DNA of 64,000 nt, taken from a virus. The notes below the pieces were generated by a model that saw only the letters and a list, made by a program, of their open reading frames with translations, was not told the origin of the DNA and ran no database searches. The stretch spans positions 96,001 to 160,000 of IMG/VR virus record IMGVR_UViG_3300050821_003907; one strand, given 5' to 3'. The position numbers and the translations under genes were made by a program. Positions 8,009 to 17,994 of the stretch are shown here, one piece after another (position 1 is the first letter of the stretch; every line of letters starts with the position of its first letter).

Positions 8009-10027
8009 GTGTCTTACTTGTTCAATGCCGAATATCTATCCTTCCAGCTAAGCTGGGAATTCCTCCAGGGATACAAGGACAAGAAGCCTAACTGGGGATT
8101 TCAGGCAGGTGCAGGGAATTCACTAGGTGAGTACTCATGGATTTCAAAGTACGCAAGGCGTAAAGATGACGGAACGCGGGAGCGTTTCTGGGAAGGTCTT
8201 GCTCGCGTCATCAACGGCATGTACTCAATCCAGCGGGACCACTGCTCTCAGTACCGACTGCCGTGGGATGAGCGCAAGGCGCAGGAATCCGCAGAAGAGG
8301 CGTACGAGCGGGCATTTGCCGGTAAGTGGTCGCCGCCAGGGCGTGGCCTGTGGATGATGGGCACTGAGCTGGTGAATGGCAAGGGTGATTCCTCGGCTCT
8401 CCAGAACTGCGCGATGGTTAGCACGGAACCTTTCAATGGTGACGCAATACTGCCTTACGTTCGCATCATGGACATGTCCATGATGGGCGTAGGTGTTGGC
8501 TTTGACACCAAAGGAGCAGGCAAGGTAGAGATTCACGAGCCGGGTCAGCCTTTTCCGCATCAGATTGGTGACAGCCGCGAGGGCTGGGTCAAGTCTGTAG
8601 CCGCTTTGCTAAGGGCTTTCTTCACGGGCGCTCGCATGCCTAACTTTGACTACTCCCAGATTCGCCCGGCAGGCGCACCAATCAAGGGCTTCGGCGGTAT
8701 CGCGGCAGGGCCAGACCCTTTGCGCAAAGGTCATGAGACTATCGTCAAGCTGCTGGCAGGGCGTGAGGGCCAGGTTCTCACTAGCACAGACGTAGTGGAC
8801 ATCGCCAATGTAATCGGCAAGCTGGTAGTCAGCGGTAATGTACGGCGCAGTGCCCAGATTGCACTCGGTGACATTCATGACAGGGATTTTCTGAAGCTGA
8901 AGGACTGGGAGCTTAATGTTGAGCGCATGGGCGCTGACGGCTGGGGCCACCTTTCAAATAACAGCATTATCGCGCACAGTGGTGATGACCTTAGCCATGT
9001 AGCTGACGCTATCCGCATGAATGGTGAGCCGGGCGTAGTCTGGCTGGACATGTGCCGCGATTACGGTCGTGTTTCTGATGGCAAGGACGGTAATGACTGG
9101 CGAGTAGCTGGCATTAATCCTTGCGCTGAGCAGCCTCTAGAGAACATGGAATGCTGCACGCTGGTGGAGACTTACCCTACTAACCACAGTGACTACCTGG
9201 ACTACCAGCGCACTCTTAAGTTTGCGTACCTGTACGGCAAGACCGTAACTCTCCTGCCTACTCGCTGGCCTGAGACCAACGCTGTGATGCAGCGTAACCG
9301 ACGTATAGGGCTGTCGATGACAGGACTAGCACAGTTCGCTGAGCATCAGGGCACGCAGGAACTCACGCTATGGCAGGACAACGCCTATGAGCATCTTCGC
9401 ATGCGTGATGCCCAGTACTCCGAATGGCTAGGCGTGCGGGAGTCTATTCGTATCACCACCATAAAGCCGTCCGGTACTGTGTCTCTACTGTACGGCGTAA
9501 CGCCGGGCGTGCACTGGCCGGTGGCCAGCGGATACTACATCCGAACGGTACGAGAGGCTAAGGGCAGCGCGGTTGCACGTGCGTTTGAGGCCGCAGGTTA
9601 CCTCGTTGAGCCGTCTGTCATGGACCCGGATAGCATGGTCGTCATCACATTGCCTGTGCAGACGCCGCCTATGCGCAGTCAGAACGATGTTTCCGTGTGG
9701 GAAAAGGTCAGCCTTGCGGCTAGCTGCCAGCGCTGGTGGTCAGACAATGCCGTGTCCGTGACAGCTACTTTCCGGCCTGATGAGTCTAACCAGATTCCTG
9801 CTGTTCTGCGTGCATTCGATGGCCAGCTAAAGAGTCTTAGCTTCCTGCCTGCTGACACGGAAACCTATCCGCAGATGCCGTACCAGATGTGCAGCCTGGA
9901 GTACTGGGAGAGCCTGCGAGACAACATCATGCCCATTGACTGGGAGGGTCTTTACATGGACGAGTCCCTGCCGGACGCTGAAGGTGAGCGGTACTGCACC
10001 ACAGATGCTTGTGAAATCAAGCGCTAA
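8009..10027 (+). CDS. nrdJ: class II (adenosylcobalamin-dependent) ribonucleotide reductase, monomeric RTPR type
   Basis: PPGRGLW, LQNCA, VGVGFD, GNVRRSA, NPCAEQ (thiyl Cys), TTIKPSGTVS and C-terminal YCTTDACE. Confidence 0.95.
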   Translation: MSYLFNAEYLSFQLSWEFLQGYKDKKPNWGFQAGAGNSLGEYSWISKYARRKDDGTRERFWEGLARVINGMYSIQRDHCSQYRLPWDERKAQESAEEAYERAFAGKWSPPGRGLWMMGTELVNGKGDSSALQNCAMVSTEPFNGDAILPYVRIMDMSMMGVGVGFDTKGAGKVEIHEPGQPFPHQIGDSREGWVKSVAALLRAFFTGARMPNFDYSQIRPAGAPIKGFGGIAAGPDPLRKGHETIVKLLAGREGQVLTSTDVVDIANVIGKLVVSGNVRRSAQIALGDIHDRDFLKLKDWELNVERMGADGWGHLSNNSIIAHSGDDLSHVADAIRMNGEPGVVWLDMCRDYGRVSDGKDGNDWRVAGINPCAEQPLENMECCTLVETYPTNHSDYLDYQRTLKFAYLYGKTVTLLPTRWPETNAVMQRNRRIGLSMTGLAQFAEHQGTQELTLWQDNAYEHLRMRDAQYSEWLGVRESIRITTIKPSGTVSLLYGVTPGVHWPVASGYYIRTVREAKGSAVARAFEAAGYLVEPSVMDPDSMVVITLPVQTPPMRSQNDVSVWEKVSLAASCQRWWSDNAVSVTATFRPDESNQIPAVLRAFDGQLKSLSFLPADTETYPQMPYQMCSLEYWESLRDNIMPIDWEGLYMDESLPDAEGERYCTTDACEIKR

Positions 10028-10076
10028 GAATCCTCTATACTGAAGGTATAAACTCACTACGGTACGGAGATACCTA

Positions 10077-10577
10077 ATGTCGGAATCAGTAAGTGCAAAT
10101 CTTCCTGTAGCCTGGGCGACTAGTGGCCTATTCGCCAGCGGGACTGTCGATATTCCTGTAACCCCCTCTACTACTTGGCTAAATAGCCTCACGCCTTCTA
10201 GTAACGTACCTTTCCTGTACGTAGCCGGGTCTTATCAATTGTTTGCGGAAGTGTTTGATGCAGTTCCTATTGCAGGTTTCGGCAACTGGGACGGTGCTCT
10301 CACTAACCCTGGGCAGACCCTTAGTGCTATTCAGACTGTAGTTGCTGATTTCGTTGCAGCAGCAGGCGGTGGCTGGATGGTTATTGGTGATATCACTACC
10401 GGTGAAGGTGCTCTAGCAGCGGTTAATCTTTCGGCTATAACCGGCATGGGTCAGAGCGGAAACGGTATTTCGTTTAACACAGGTTCGACAGTTACTTCAG
10501 GTTACGCTCCATACGCTAACTATTCGGATGCACAGGCAGCGATTCTATCAGCTATGGGTAATTACAGCTTCCTGTAA
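10077..10577 (+). CDS. hypothetical protein (possibly virion-associated)
   Basis: GGAGA RBS; S/T/G/A-rich. Confidence 0.6.
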   Translation: MSESVSANLPVAWATSGLFASGTVDIPVTPSTTWLNSLTPSSNVPFLYVAGSYQLFAEVFDAVPIAGFGNWDGALTNPGQTLSAIQTVVADFVAAAGGGWMVIGDITTGEGALAAVNLSAITGMGQSGNGISFNTGSTVTSGYAPYANYSDAQAAILSAMGNYSFL

Positions 10578-11128
10578 TGAACGAGTCATCAGCTATAGCG
10601 TGGTTTCTGCACGCGCTAGATACTCCACGTGGCCACGTTATAGCTGATGAGCTAATGACCATGGCACAGTCCGCAGAATTTCCTGTAAAGCCATTCATCA
10701 CCTGGGTAGCGGTAGGGCAATGGGAAGATGTCACACTACGGAAAGCTCATGTCTGGAGCAAGCAAAATCCTACAGGGTCAGTTCTTTATACGCACACCAA
10801 AGGTGCTTTTCACGAATGGGATACCCAAGCTCCGTGGCGCAAGGGGATGGCGGAACGCTTGATGTACCCGTGGATGGCCCGGTTGCAAGACCTTACTGCT
10901 TACGATACCGTGGGCGTCTGGTGTGTTACTCCCGAAGAGTTTCCCGGCTTGGCAGACTGGCCTTATTATCCAGGTAACTTCTGGTGGGCACGAGCGAGTT
11001 ACATGTCACAGCTCACTGAGCTCCCCGTTCTCACAGAAGAGACCCGAGGAAAAGCTGAGGGGTGGGTTACTTCTGGAAACCCTGTGGTGCATGCTTTGCA
11101 GCCTGGTTGGCCTACTTTTCCCGTCTGA
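10577..11128 (+). CDS. conserved viral protein, possible glycosyltransferase-like (HTKG...GNFWW)
   Basis: VLYTHTKG and YPGNFWWARASY motifs; coupled to upstream stop. Confidence 0.45.
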   Translation: MNESSAIAWFLHALDTPRGHVIADELMTMAQSAEFPVKPFITWVAVGQWEDVTLRKAHVWSKQNPTGSVLYTHTKGAFHEWDTQAPWRKGMAERLMYPWMARLQDLTAYDTVGVWCVTPEEFPGLADWPYYPGNFWWARASYMSQLTELPVLTEETRGKAEGWVTSGNPVVHALQPGWPTFPV

Positions 11129-11141
11129 TATACTGAGGGTC

Positions 11142-11642
11142 ATGACTCTACTACGCAGGATTACAATCGCGCTAGGAGCAGTATTCATTCTCGCAGGGTT
11201 CGGGGCAGGCGTGGCATCAGCCGCCACTGTTCCTCCGCACACCCCGCCCTACGCGTTGATTCACGAACGTAATGTCAGCGATGTTCCTGTCTGGCTCAAG
11301 CTGCAAGATGCCGACCCATTCACTGGACGGTACGGCTATGAGCCGCTAGGCAACGGAATGGTATCGCACGTCCGCTGGACTAGCGTAAACAGCACTACCG
11401 TGAACGGCACGGGAGAATGGAACTATGGTTTCATGGGACTGTGCGTCAACGGTCCTGTTAGCATCGCGTTGCACGGCACCGGCTGGAAGTACGGCACCAT
11501 CAGCGTGACGCTTCTACAGTACTGGGTCACTAATACCGGAGGGCATACCGCGTGTCCGCCTGACGGACACGGCACGGCCCATTCCACGGCTCACAGCCAC
11601 CTGGCCACTAACGACCCGACTCTCAACCTGATTCATTTCTAG
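11142..11642 (+). CDS. secreted protein
   Basis: Signal peptide MTLLRRITIALGAVFILAGFGAGVASA; ATG 7 nt after TATACT. Confidence 0.65.
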   Translation: MTLLRRITIALGAVFILAGFGAGVASAATVPPHTPPYALIHERNVSDVPVWLKLQDADPFTGRYGYEPLGNGMVSHVRWTSVNSTTVNGTGEWNYGFMGLCVNGPVSIALHGTGWKYGTISVTLLQYWVTNTGGHTACPPDGHGTAHSTAHSHLATNDPTLNLIHF

Positions 11643-11678
11643 CGGAATAGTCATGCCTCGTTCAACGTTGAACGAGGC

Positions 11679-12347
11679 ATGACTACTAAGTGGACGCCAC
11701 AAGAAGATAGGTATTTGGCTACGGCTGTCACGGTAGGCATGCATTCGTCTAAAATAGCTGAAAAGCTCGGGCGCACAAAAGCGGCTATACACCAGAGAAT
11801 GCAGACTAAAGGACTTAAGTCCACACTAACTTCAGGTTCGCGGCATTCTTCGGCTGTCCCTTACCAGTATAGTGCGAGCGATATAGTCGGTAATTTTGAG
11901 ATTATTAGTCCCTTGCGCCGTGGTAGCGGTGGACATATTTACCTTGTTAAAGATACTAGGTGTCACCATCAAGGTGAACTTTTGCACTTCACACGCAGAC
12001 CCCTTAATGGGCGCGTTAAGTTGTGCGAATGTCCCATACGGCTGCGTACTTCGTATGGATATCTTAAGTGGGTATGGCGGCTACCTTCAGGCAAGCTTAT
12101 TGAAGTTTTTGAGCACCGTATAGTGATGGAAGGTATTATCGGTAGAGAGCTACTGCCACATGAATCTGTTCACCACATAAACGGTGTTCGTGATGACAAT
12201 AGGCCAGAGAATTTGGAACTGTGGGTGGGTGCGGGAAGACAGCCTAGCGGAATCCGGGTCCTGGATTACGTAGCATGGCTACAGGATGAGCTGAAACGGT
12301 ACGAGGGAATACTTCTGACAAGCAACGAGTTATACTCGACGTCATGA
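11679..12347 (+). CDS. HNH homing endonuclease with N-terminal HTH
   Basis: EHRIVME...SVHHINGVRDDNRPENLELW; AT-rich. Confidence 0.85.
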   Translation: MTTKWTPQEDRYLATAVTVGMHSSKIAEKLGRTKAAIHQRMQTKGLKSTLTSGSRHSSAVPYQYSASDIVGNFEIISPLRRGSGGHIYLVKDTRCHHQGELLHFTRRPLNGRVKLCECPIRLRTSYGYLKWVWRLPSGKLIEVFEHRIVMEGIIGRELLPHESVHHINGVRDDNRPENLELWVGAGRQPSGIRVLDYVAWLQDELKRYEGILLTSNELYSTS

Positions 12348-12724
12348 CTACTATTTTGCTACTTGCCCTGCTGATAGCAGGCTTCTTCTGGTACCGAAGA
12401 GCTAGACAGGCTCGGCTGAACCAGCAGCAGGCCATGAGGCGTCTCTACAGAGGCCCTATAAGGCGTGCCAGGCGCGCTGCCTACCGGCAGCGGAAGTCCA
12501 CTCGTGGCGGGCGCTATGTCTCTAAGGAACTGCGTGCGGCCATCCTGCAACGAGACAATTTCACGTGCCAGCACTGCGGCATTAACCGCCAGACTCATCC
12601 AGATGTTCGCCTGGAGCTGGACCACATCACGCCTTATTCCTGGGGTGGCAAGACAACTTACGCTAATCTTCAGGTTCTGTGCAGGCGGTGCAACCAGCTT
12701 AAGGCCAACAAGTTCGCGGGGTAG
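12344..12724 (+). CDS. HNH endonuclease with N-terminal transmembrane/signal anchor
   Basis: Hydrophobic N-terminus; CQHCG..LELDHITP..GG....NLQVLCRRCNQLK. Confidence 0.85.
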   Translation: MTTILLLALLIAGFFWYRRARQARLNQQQAMRRLYRGPIRRARRAAYRQRKSTRGGRYVSKELRAAILQRDNFTCQHCGINRQTHPDVRLELDHITPYSWGGKTTYANLQVLCRRCNQLKANKFAG

Positions 12725-12727
12725 TGG

Positions 12728-13114
12728 ATGAAGAGCAAGCAAATCCTTCTCGGCCTAGTCATAGGTGCGATTGTAGTAGCGCTAATTCAGTTCTATCCAG
12801 ACTGGCAGCACTGGATAGCTTACGAGACCGGCAGTGCCAACACCTCTTCTTCGCCTCCGAATTACGATTACTGGTCGGGCTTCGGCAGTGTCTTCCCGTG
12901 GTCCATGGGAACTCTGGGTTCCTTGCTAGCGCTAATCTGGGTGCACACCAAGAAGGCAAACTGCCACACGCACAAGTGCTTGCGAATCGGCAGTTATCCT
13001 GTCGGTGATTATAAGGTATGTAAGAAGCATCACTTTGAGGCGACAGGTTCACACCCGACTATCGAGCATATTAGAGAGCATTATCAGAGGAAGCATTCGC
13101 TTTCCCAGAAATAA
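12728..13114 (+). CDS. two-TM membrane protein (possible holin)
   Basis: Two hydrophobic helices; basic C-terminus; directly upstream of endolysin. Confidence 0.5.
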   Translation: MKSKQILLGLVIGAIVVALIQFYPDWQHWIAYETGSANTSSSPPNYDYWSGFGSVFPWSMGTLGSLLALIWVHTKKANCHTHKCLRIGSYPVGDYKVCKKHHFEATGSHPTIEHIREHYQRKHSLSQK

Positions 13115-13160
13115 CTAAGCACGGTATCCTTTGAGAGAGTACTCAACCCTGGAGGATACC

Positions 13161-14234
13161 GTGCCTATTGCTCGCTCTCTTAAGACCCTCAAGACGAGGG
13201 TCGCCTCGGCATTCACGCCGCAGCTTGGCGCGCTCAAGGGCACGCCTGTCATCTACATGGAAGACGCTGTAACTGTAGGCGACCTTCAGCCGGGTTATCC
13301 TGCGTACGCTGGTTACTACAACGGCACTTACGCCAACCTGACGGCAATGCGCCAGCGCTTCCCGAATGCTTACATCGTGAGCGTGTCTCCGGACGGCGCT
13401 AACGGTTCCATGTGCATCGACATTGAGCCAGGTGACGCGGTCCCTGGTGATGCTCCCGGCTTCTGGCACAACGCCAGTCACGGCGGCGCAATCAAGCCGT
13501 GGTTCTACGGCAGTGCAAGCTGGACGCAGTCTATCGTCAATGCCCTCACCGCAGCAGGAATCCCGCGTTCTGCTTACTTCATCTGGTCTGCACACTACAT
13601 CGGCGCGCACATCTGCGGACCTGGAAGTTGTGGTTACCCGCAGGCAGACGCTACTCAGTACGGCAGTAACAACGCTTACGACACGTCTATAGTACCGACT
13701 TACATGGTCGGAACTGGACCGCTTCCGCCGCCGCAGGAGCCTACAATCAGTGAAGGCAGCACCGACAAGGCTGCTGTTGACAAGCTGCGCATTCTTCTTG
13801 ACTCGCACAACGCAAAGCTAGGCAACGCTGATGGTGGCCCGGATGTGTTTGGCCCTGTAGTACTAAAGGCTGTGGAAGAATTCCAGTCTGTCAATAAGCT
13901 GGCAGCTGATGGCGTTGTTGGCCCTGTCACCTGGGCAGCCCTGTTCAGCAAGAATTCTAAGCCCATCCCGGATGGTCCCCCGCCCGTACCTCCCACGCCT
14001 GCACCTAAGGCTCTCACAGTGGCTGAGGGCGTAACCGCTACGGTTTCCTGGGATGTAGTGCCGGGCGCTACGCAGTACGTACTGCTTGTTGCTCAGCAGA
14101 ATGGCAAGGTTTCGTCTTACACGGTGGACACGCCCGGTGCTGAGATATTCGTGAACCGTGGCTGGACATACAAGGTTACCGTTCGCGCTAATGTCAAGGG
14201 TTCCCTGATTGCTTACTACACCTTGGTAGTCTAA
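13161..14234 (+). CDS. endolysin: GH25-like muramidase, peptidoglycan-binding domain and FN3-like C-terminus
   Basis: AGYYNG, IDIEPGD, KPWFY, WSAHY, DATQY; DVFGPVV and DGVVGPVTWAAL (PG_binding_1); GGAGG RBS. Confidence 0.8.
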   Translation: MPIARSLKTLKTRVASAFTPQLGALKGTPVIYMEDAVTVGDLQPGYPAYAGYYNGTYANLTAMRQRFPNAYIVSVSPDGANGSMCIDIEPGDAVPGDAPGFWHNASHGGAIKPWFYGSASWTQSIVNALTAAGIPRSAYFIWSAHYIGAHICGPGSCGYPQADATQYGSNNAYDTSIVPTYMVGTGPLPPPQEPTISEGSTDKAAVDKLRILLDSHNAKLGNADGGPDVFGPVVLKAVEEFQSVNKLAADGVVGPVTWAALFSKNSKPIPDGPPPVPPTPAPKALTVAEGVTATVSWDVVPGATQYVLLVAQQNGKVSSYTVDTPGAEIFVNRGWTYKVTVRANVKGSLIAYYTLVV

Positions 14235-14431
14235 CGCACACCGTGCAAATCGATACCATATTCGATAGCTGCATACTCAATCATGTCGCGGACGCGCTCC
14301 AGGGCTTCCCAGCAGTCGTCTCCAAGCTTGTCTTGGAGCGCTCCGTGATACATCTGAGTGTTGACCAGTCGCCACGCTGTCCTGACATCTTGCGCTGACC
14401 TGATAGGCGGGTTCTCAATATCGTTAGGCAT
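14231..14431 (-). CDS. hypothetical protein
   Basis: Coupled to upstream gene; converges on endolysin. Confidence 0.5.
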   Translation of the reverse strand: MPNDIENPPIRSAQDVRTAWRLVNTQMYHGALQDKLGDDCWEALERVRDMIEYAAIEYGIDLHGVR

Positions 14432-14673
14432 TAATCTTCCCAACCATCAGGATAAGGGCAGTGGTCGAGGGCATTGCGAAGGTAATTATCCACTAGTTCG
14501 AAATCTTCCTTAGCATCTATGCACCGGATAACAGCATCGCGAATGTAACCAGGCAGGTCGTCAGGCAATGAATTCAGGCTTAGTCCGTACTCTAGCACCA
14601 GTCCGGAGAACCCACCTTCCCAGTCAGCCTTAGCTGCCATGTCGTAACTGTTACGGTACTTGTCAGCAGTCAT
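14431..14673 (-). CDS. hypothetical protein
   Basis: Acidic ORF in - strand cluster. Confidence 0.55.
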   Translation of the reverse strand: MTADKYRNSYDMAAKADWEGGFSGLVLEYGLSLNSLPDDLPGYIRDAVIRCIDAKEDFELVDNYLRNALDHCPYPDGWED

Positions 14674-14807
14674 CTATGCACTCACTTCCTTCTTTTGGGT
14701 CTACTTCGCAGCAGTTCTTGCAGATAGAAGTTCCGAGAGAATCAGAATAGCTTACGACGATATGACCTTCTGGATGAAATCCTGTTCCAGCCATTATAAG
14801 CCCCCCG

Positions 14808-15350
14808 CTATATACGTTTATTACCATTGCGATAGGGCCTCGTGGCATTGTATTCCATCTTGCGCAGGTAATCCAGTTCCAGGTTCAGGTCAAATAGCTG
14901 AGCGCAAGCATCCACAGTCCCAAGTAGCAGTCCCAGGCCACGACCTATTTCCTGCTCACCTGTAATCCTGTAAGACTCTGTGACACCGGCAGCGCAAGCA
15001 TGCATGTCGTTCAGGCAGCGGCTAACCATGTCATATTCATCTCGGGTGTCCATGTCCCAGGTAACGTGAGGCACAAGGTCGTGGGAAATCCGGACTTCAT
15101 AACGCCCGATATTGTCCATGGTGCGGATGAAGACATCGGCTAGCTCAATGCCAAACCCGTCAGGACCGCCAGAGTCAGACTGGTAAGGGATGAAGCGAGC
15201 GTTCTTGTATGCCTGCCAGGCTTCTGCAATCTCCGTGTGGATTAGCGCCATGGCTTCAGGTACCTGGACGACCATGTCGTCCCAGCCGTGCTTGGCACAC
15301 CAGGTCCTGACTTCATCCTTGATTTCAATCAAGCGTATCGTAGTGAACAT
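14808..15350 (-). CDS. MazG-like nucleotide pyrophosphohydrolase
   Basis: ALIHTEIAEAW..., IELADVFIR, C-terminal NATRPYRNGNK. Confidence 0.8.
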   Translation of the reverse strand: MFTTIRLIEIKDEVRTWCAKHGWDDMVVQVPEAMALIHTEIAEAWQAYKNARFIPYQSDSGGPDGFGIELADVFIRTMDNIGRYEVRISHDLVPHVTWDMDTRDEYDMVSRCLNDMHACAAGVTESYRITGEQEIGRGLGLLLGTVDACAQLFDLNLELDYLRKMEYNATRPYRNGNKRI

Positions 15351-15535
15351 TACAGTCCCAGTTCTCTAAGAATCTTGTCGGCAAAGTCTAGTCCCTCGCG
15401 GGTGTACTCGCCAACAGGTACCCACGTATCTACATTAAACCATCCGTCGTCCCGGACGTATTCCTGAATTCTGACAGTTCCCCTGCTAACGAATGCGCGA
15501 TAACGTCCGTCTTCAGATTCCCAGTCAGCGCTCAC
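15350..15535 (-). CDS. hypothetical protein
   Basis: Coupled ORF. Confidence 0.5.
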   Translation of the reverse strand: MSADWESEDGRYRAFVSRGTVRIQEYVRDDGWFNVDTWVPVGEYTREGLDFADKILRELGL

Positions 15536-15805
15536 CGGTGTCTCCTACTGTCGCTGGTAGGCTTCTGCGAAGCGCTCGTAGTCTTCTTGCTTAATCTTGC
15601 CGTCCGGAAGTGGGCCGAACTTGGCCACTATCCACTGAACGAATTCCGGGTACTGTATTGCCAGGTGCTTCCAGGTAATGTTGGTGCTCACAGTGTCTTC
15701 CTTCCTGCTGTCTTCCAGTAGTGGCGGGCCATTACTTTTTCCTTAAGCCTCATGGGCAGTAGCCAGAACCACCAGGATTCCATGTACGCGAAACTGTCCT
15801 TGTTC

Positions 15806-16159
15806 TTAGCCATCGTCTACCACCTTCCACTGCTTGCCGTCCTTTATCTCAATGCGCAGGTTGTTGTCCTGCATGTCTTTCTCAACCCGCTGTTCAGGAG
15901 ACTCACCTTTAAACCATAGCTGCCTGTTTACCCACAGTTTGAACAAGGCGTGCTCGGTCATGCGGCGGAATGCACGTCGCTTGTTCATTAGCTGGGAGCG
16001 CTCTTCTCGCGACTCGCCACGTGCACCGGACGGGTGGTGGATGATTCTGATGCCTGTGTTGCTCGTATTCTGGTGTTGTCCACCTGGACCGCCAGCAGAG
16101 AAGTCCTGAACTTCACAGTCTTTTATGGTCACGGAGAACACGTGCTCTTTCTTAGGCAA
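15806..16159 (-). CDS. peptide chain release factor-like (RF-1 GGQ domain; ArfB/PrfH-like peptidyl-tRNA hydrolase)
   Basis: FSAGGPGGQHQNTSNTGIRIIHHPSG...ERSQLMNKRRA. Confidence 0.9.
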   Translation of the reverse strand: MPKKEHVFSVTIKDCEVQDFSAGGPGGQHQNTSNTGIRIIHHPSGARGESREERSQLMNKRRAFRRMTEHALFKLWVNRQLWFKGESPEQRVEKDMQDNNLRIEIKDGKQWKVVDDG

Positions 16160-16349
16160 GCTTATACTCCATGCCGTCCTTGTAGCCTGTCTCGTAAGCC
16201 TCTCCCAGCACGTCCATTAGCGCGATGGGGATGCCCTTGTGCTGAGTCTTCTGCCACTTCTTGCACATTTCCCAGACAATTTCGTCGCGACGCTTCTCGT
16301 ACTCTGACTTCATGTCCATACCAACGCTGAGCCATGGTACGATATTCCT

Positions 16350-16598
16350 ATGAACGAACTGATTCTTCGCCTTAAGGCCCTGTTCCTCGGAGTCGAGAAG
16401 GTTGCCAAGTCCGACGAGCAAATCGTCGCGAACATCGTCGCCAAGGACCGGGTGGCAGTCATGGCTGCCCTCCAGGCCGCAGAGGACGCCGCTATCGCTG
16501 CCGTCAAGGCAGACACCCCCGAGGTAGAGGCGCTAGTAAAGGCTGCCGTCAAGGACGTTGTAGACGCCCTGCTGGCCAAGCTGCCGACCATCCTCTAG
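16350..16598 (+). CDS. hypothetical helical protein
   Basis: Ala/Val-rich; ATG 6 nt after TACGAT. Confidence 0.6.
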   Translation: MNELILRLKALFLGVEKVAKSDEQIVANIVAKDRVAVMAALQAAEDAAIAAVKADTPEVEALVKAAVKDVVDALLAKLPTIL

Positions 16599-16617
16599 CA
16601 TGCGGTAGGCTAGGGGC

Positions 16618-17010
16618 ATGAACGAGAATTTCGGTGCTCCTGGTGGTTACTCTCCGGAAGAGATGATGGCTCTTGAAGGCTACACGCCGGAGAGGCTAGA
16701 GTCATTCCGTGAAGAGACTAAAGCGCGTGTTGAAGAGGCGCACCGCAAGTCACTAACGGATAAATTGCGTACCCAGAAGCCTGTAGTCCTGGCTGAGCAA
16801 GAGAAGCCTTTGCGTAACGTCACGGTCCTGCTGGGCAACGGCAAGCTCATCACTTTCCGCAAGGTGTCTGACCTTGACTTCGGCGTTAAGGGTGATGACG
16901 GATTCAGTGCCTTGTACTTGCTAGGTGAAGACGGTAATGTCATTGCCCAGTTCGAGCCTACAACATGGGCAGCTTACTACTACGCCGAGCACTGCCAGGG
17001 AATACAGTAA
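16618..17010 (+). CDS. hypothetical protein
   Basis: ATG 6 nt after TAGGCT. Confidence 0.6.
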   Translation: MNENFGAPGGYSPEEMMALEGYTPERLESFREETKARVEEAHRKSLTDKLRTQKPVVLAEQEKPLRNVTVLLGNGKLITFRKVSDLDFGVKGDDGFSALYLLGEDGNVIAQFEPTTWAAYYYAEHCQGIQ

Positions 17011-17173
17011 GCCGCTCGGCTGTTATCGTTGTCATGACTGTGCAGCAGCTACTCACTCAGCTCACCGGACTCGGCCTGGGCGGTCTTGACGAGAGCGATT
17101 CTCAAGTCGTGTTCAAGGACGGCACTCCGCTCACCACAGTGGCCACGGACCTTACCGGCAAGGTGATACTCTC

Positions 17174-17386
17174 ATGAAGCGAACTGACCGAGAAAAGCAA
17201 GCACGAGACGTAGAGCGCCTGTATAAGCTTACAGAGCTGAACCAGGAGATGTACGGCATCACAGGTGATAGTGACCTGACTCATACGGATTACATTCACC
17301 TCGAAGTCCTTATCGAGAAGGCTTTCAGCCAAGGTGAGATGTTCGGTTACGATGACGGCTGGGCAGATGCCCCGGATGGATGGTAA
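17174..17386 (+). CDS. hypothetical protein
   Basis: Coupled ORF in + strand cluster. Confidence 0.5.
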   Translation: MKRTDREKQARDVERLYKLTELNQEMYGITGDSDLTHTDYIHLEVLIEKAFSQGEMFGYDDGWADAPDGW

Positions 17387-17799
17387 TCATGGAACTGCGT
17401 TATGCATTGTTCAGCTTCGCTGCGTTTGTCTGCGCGATGTCATCAATAATTACACTCGCCACGCAGAAGAACTCAGCAATCCGGGTGATTGCCACCATCC
17501 TGAACATGTTCATTATCTGGCTGCTAATCTGGGGCGCGTTGTCCTGATGTTGCATCCAGAACCCTACGATGTGTGCCGGGACTGCAATCACCCGCGTTCA
17601 GCTCATGGTTCTGCCACAGTAGACACAACTAGCAGTTGCTTCAGGTGCGGTTGCTGGGGATTTGAGGAAGAATGAACAAGTGTGATTACAACTTGCACAG
17701 GCCAGATGGCACGTGGGGACCTTGCAAGCAAGAAGCTGATTATGAACTAGCCTGGTGCAGCACTAAGATATACCTTTGTCGCGACCACTGGAGTAACTG

Positions 17800-17994
17800 A
17801 TGGCGGCTCATCCCGAGGTAGGCACTCCCGGTACTTGCCAGCGGCATGTTTACTGGGCGGGTGATAACGTAAGTTATCCTTGCGGTCAGCCGGGAACTCT
17901 TCAGCGCGACCCGTTCACCCGTGAAATCTGGGAGAGCGAAGACTACGTGTACTTCTGTGACTACCATTTCTCGGAGCGAGCAGATGATATATAA
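17800..17994 (+). CDS. small Cys/His protein
   Basis: GTCQ..PCG..FCDYH; GGAG RBS. Confidence 0.5.
   Translation: MAAHPEVGTPGTCQRHVYWAGDNVSYPCGQPGTLQRDPFTREIWESEDYVYFCDYHFSERADDI

Noticed and set aside
8009-10027. Intron or intein in nrdJ (a common hotspot)
   Set aside because: The ORF is continuous with motifs at the expected spacing
13143-13808. 221-aa minus-strand ORF
   Set aside because: Antisense shadow of the endolysin; no motifs
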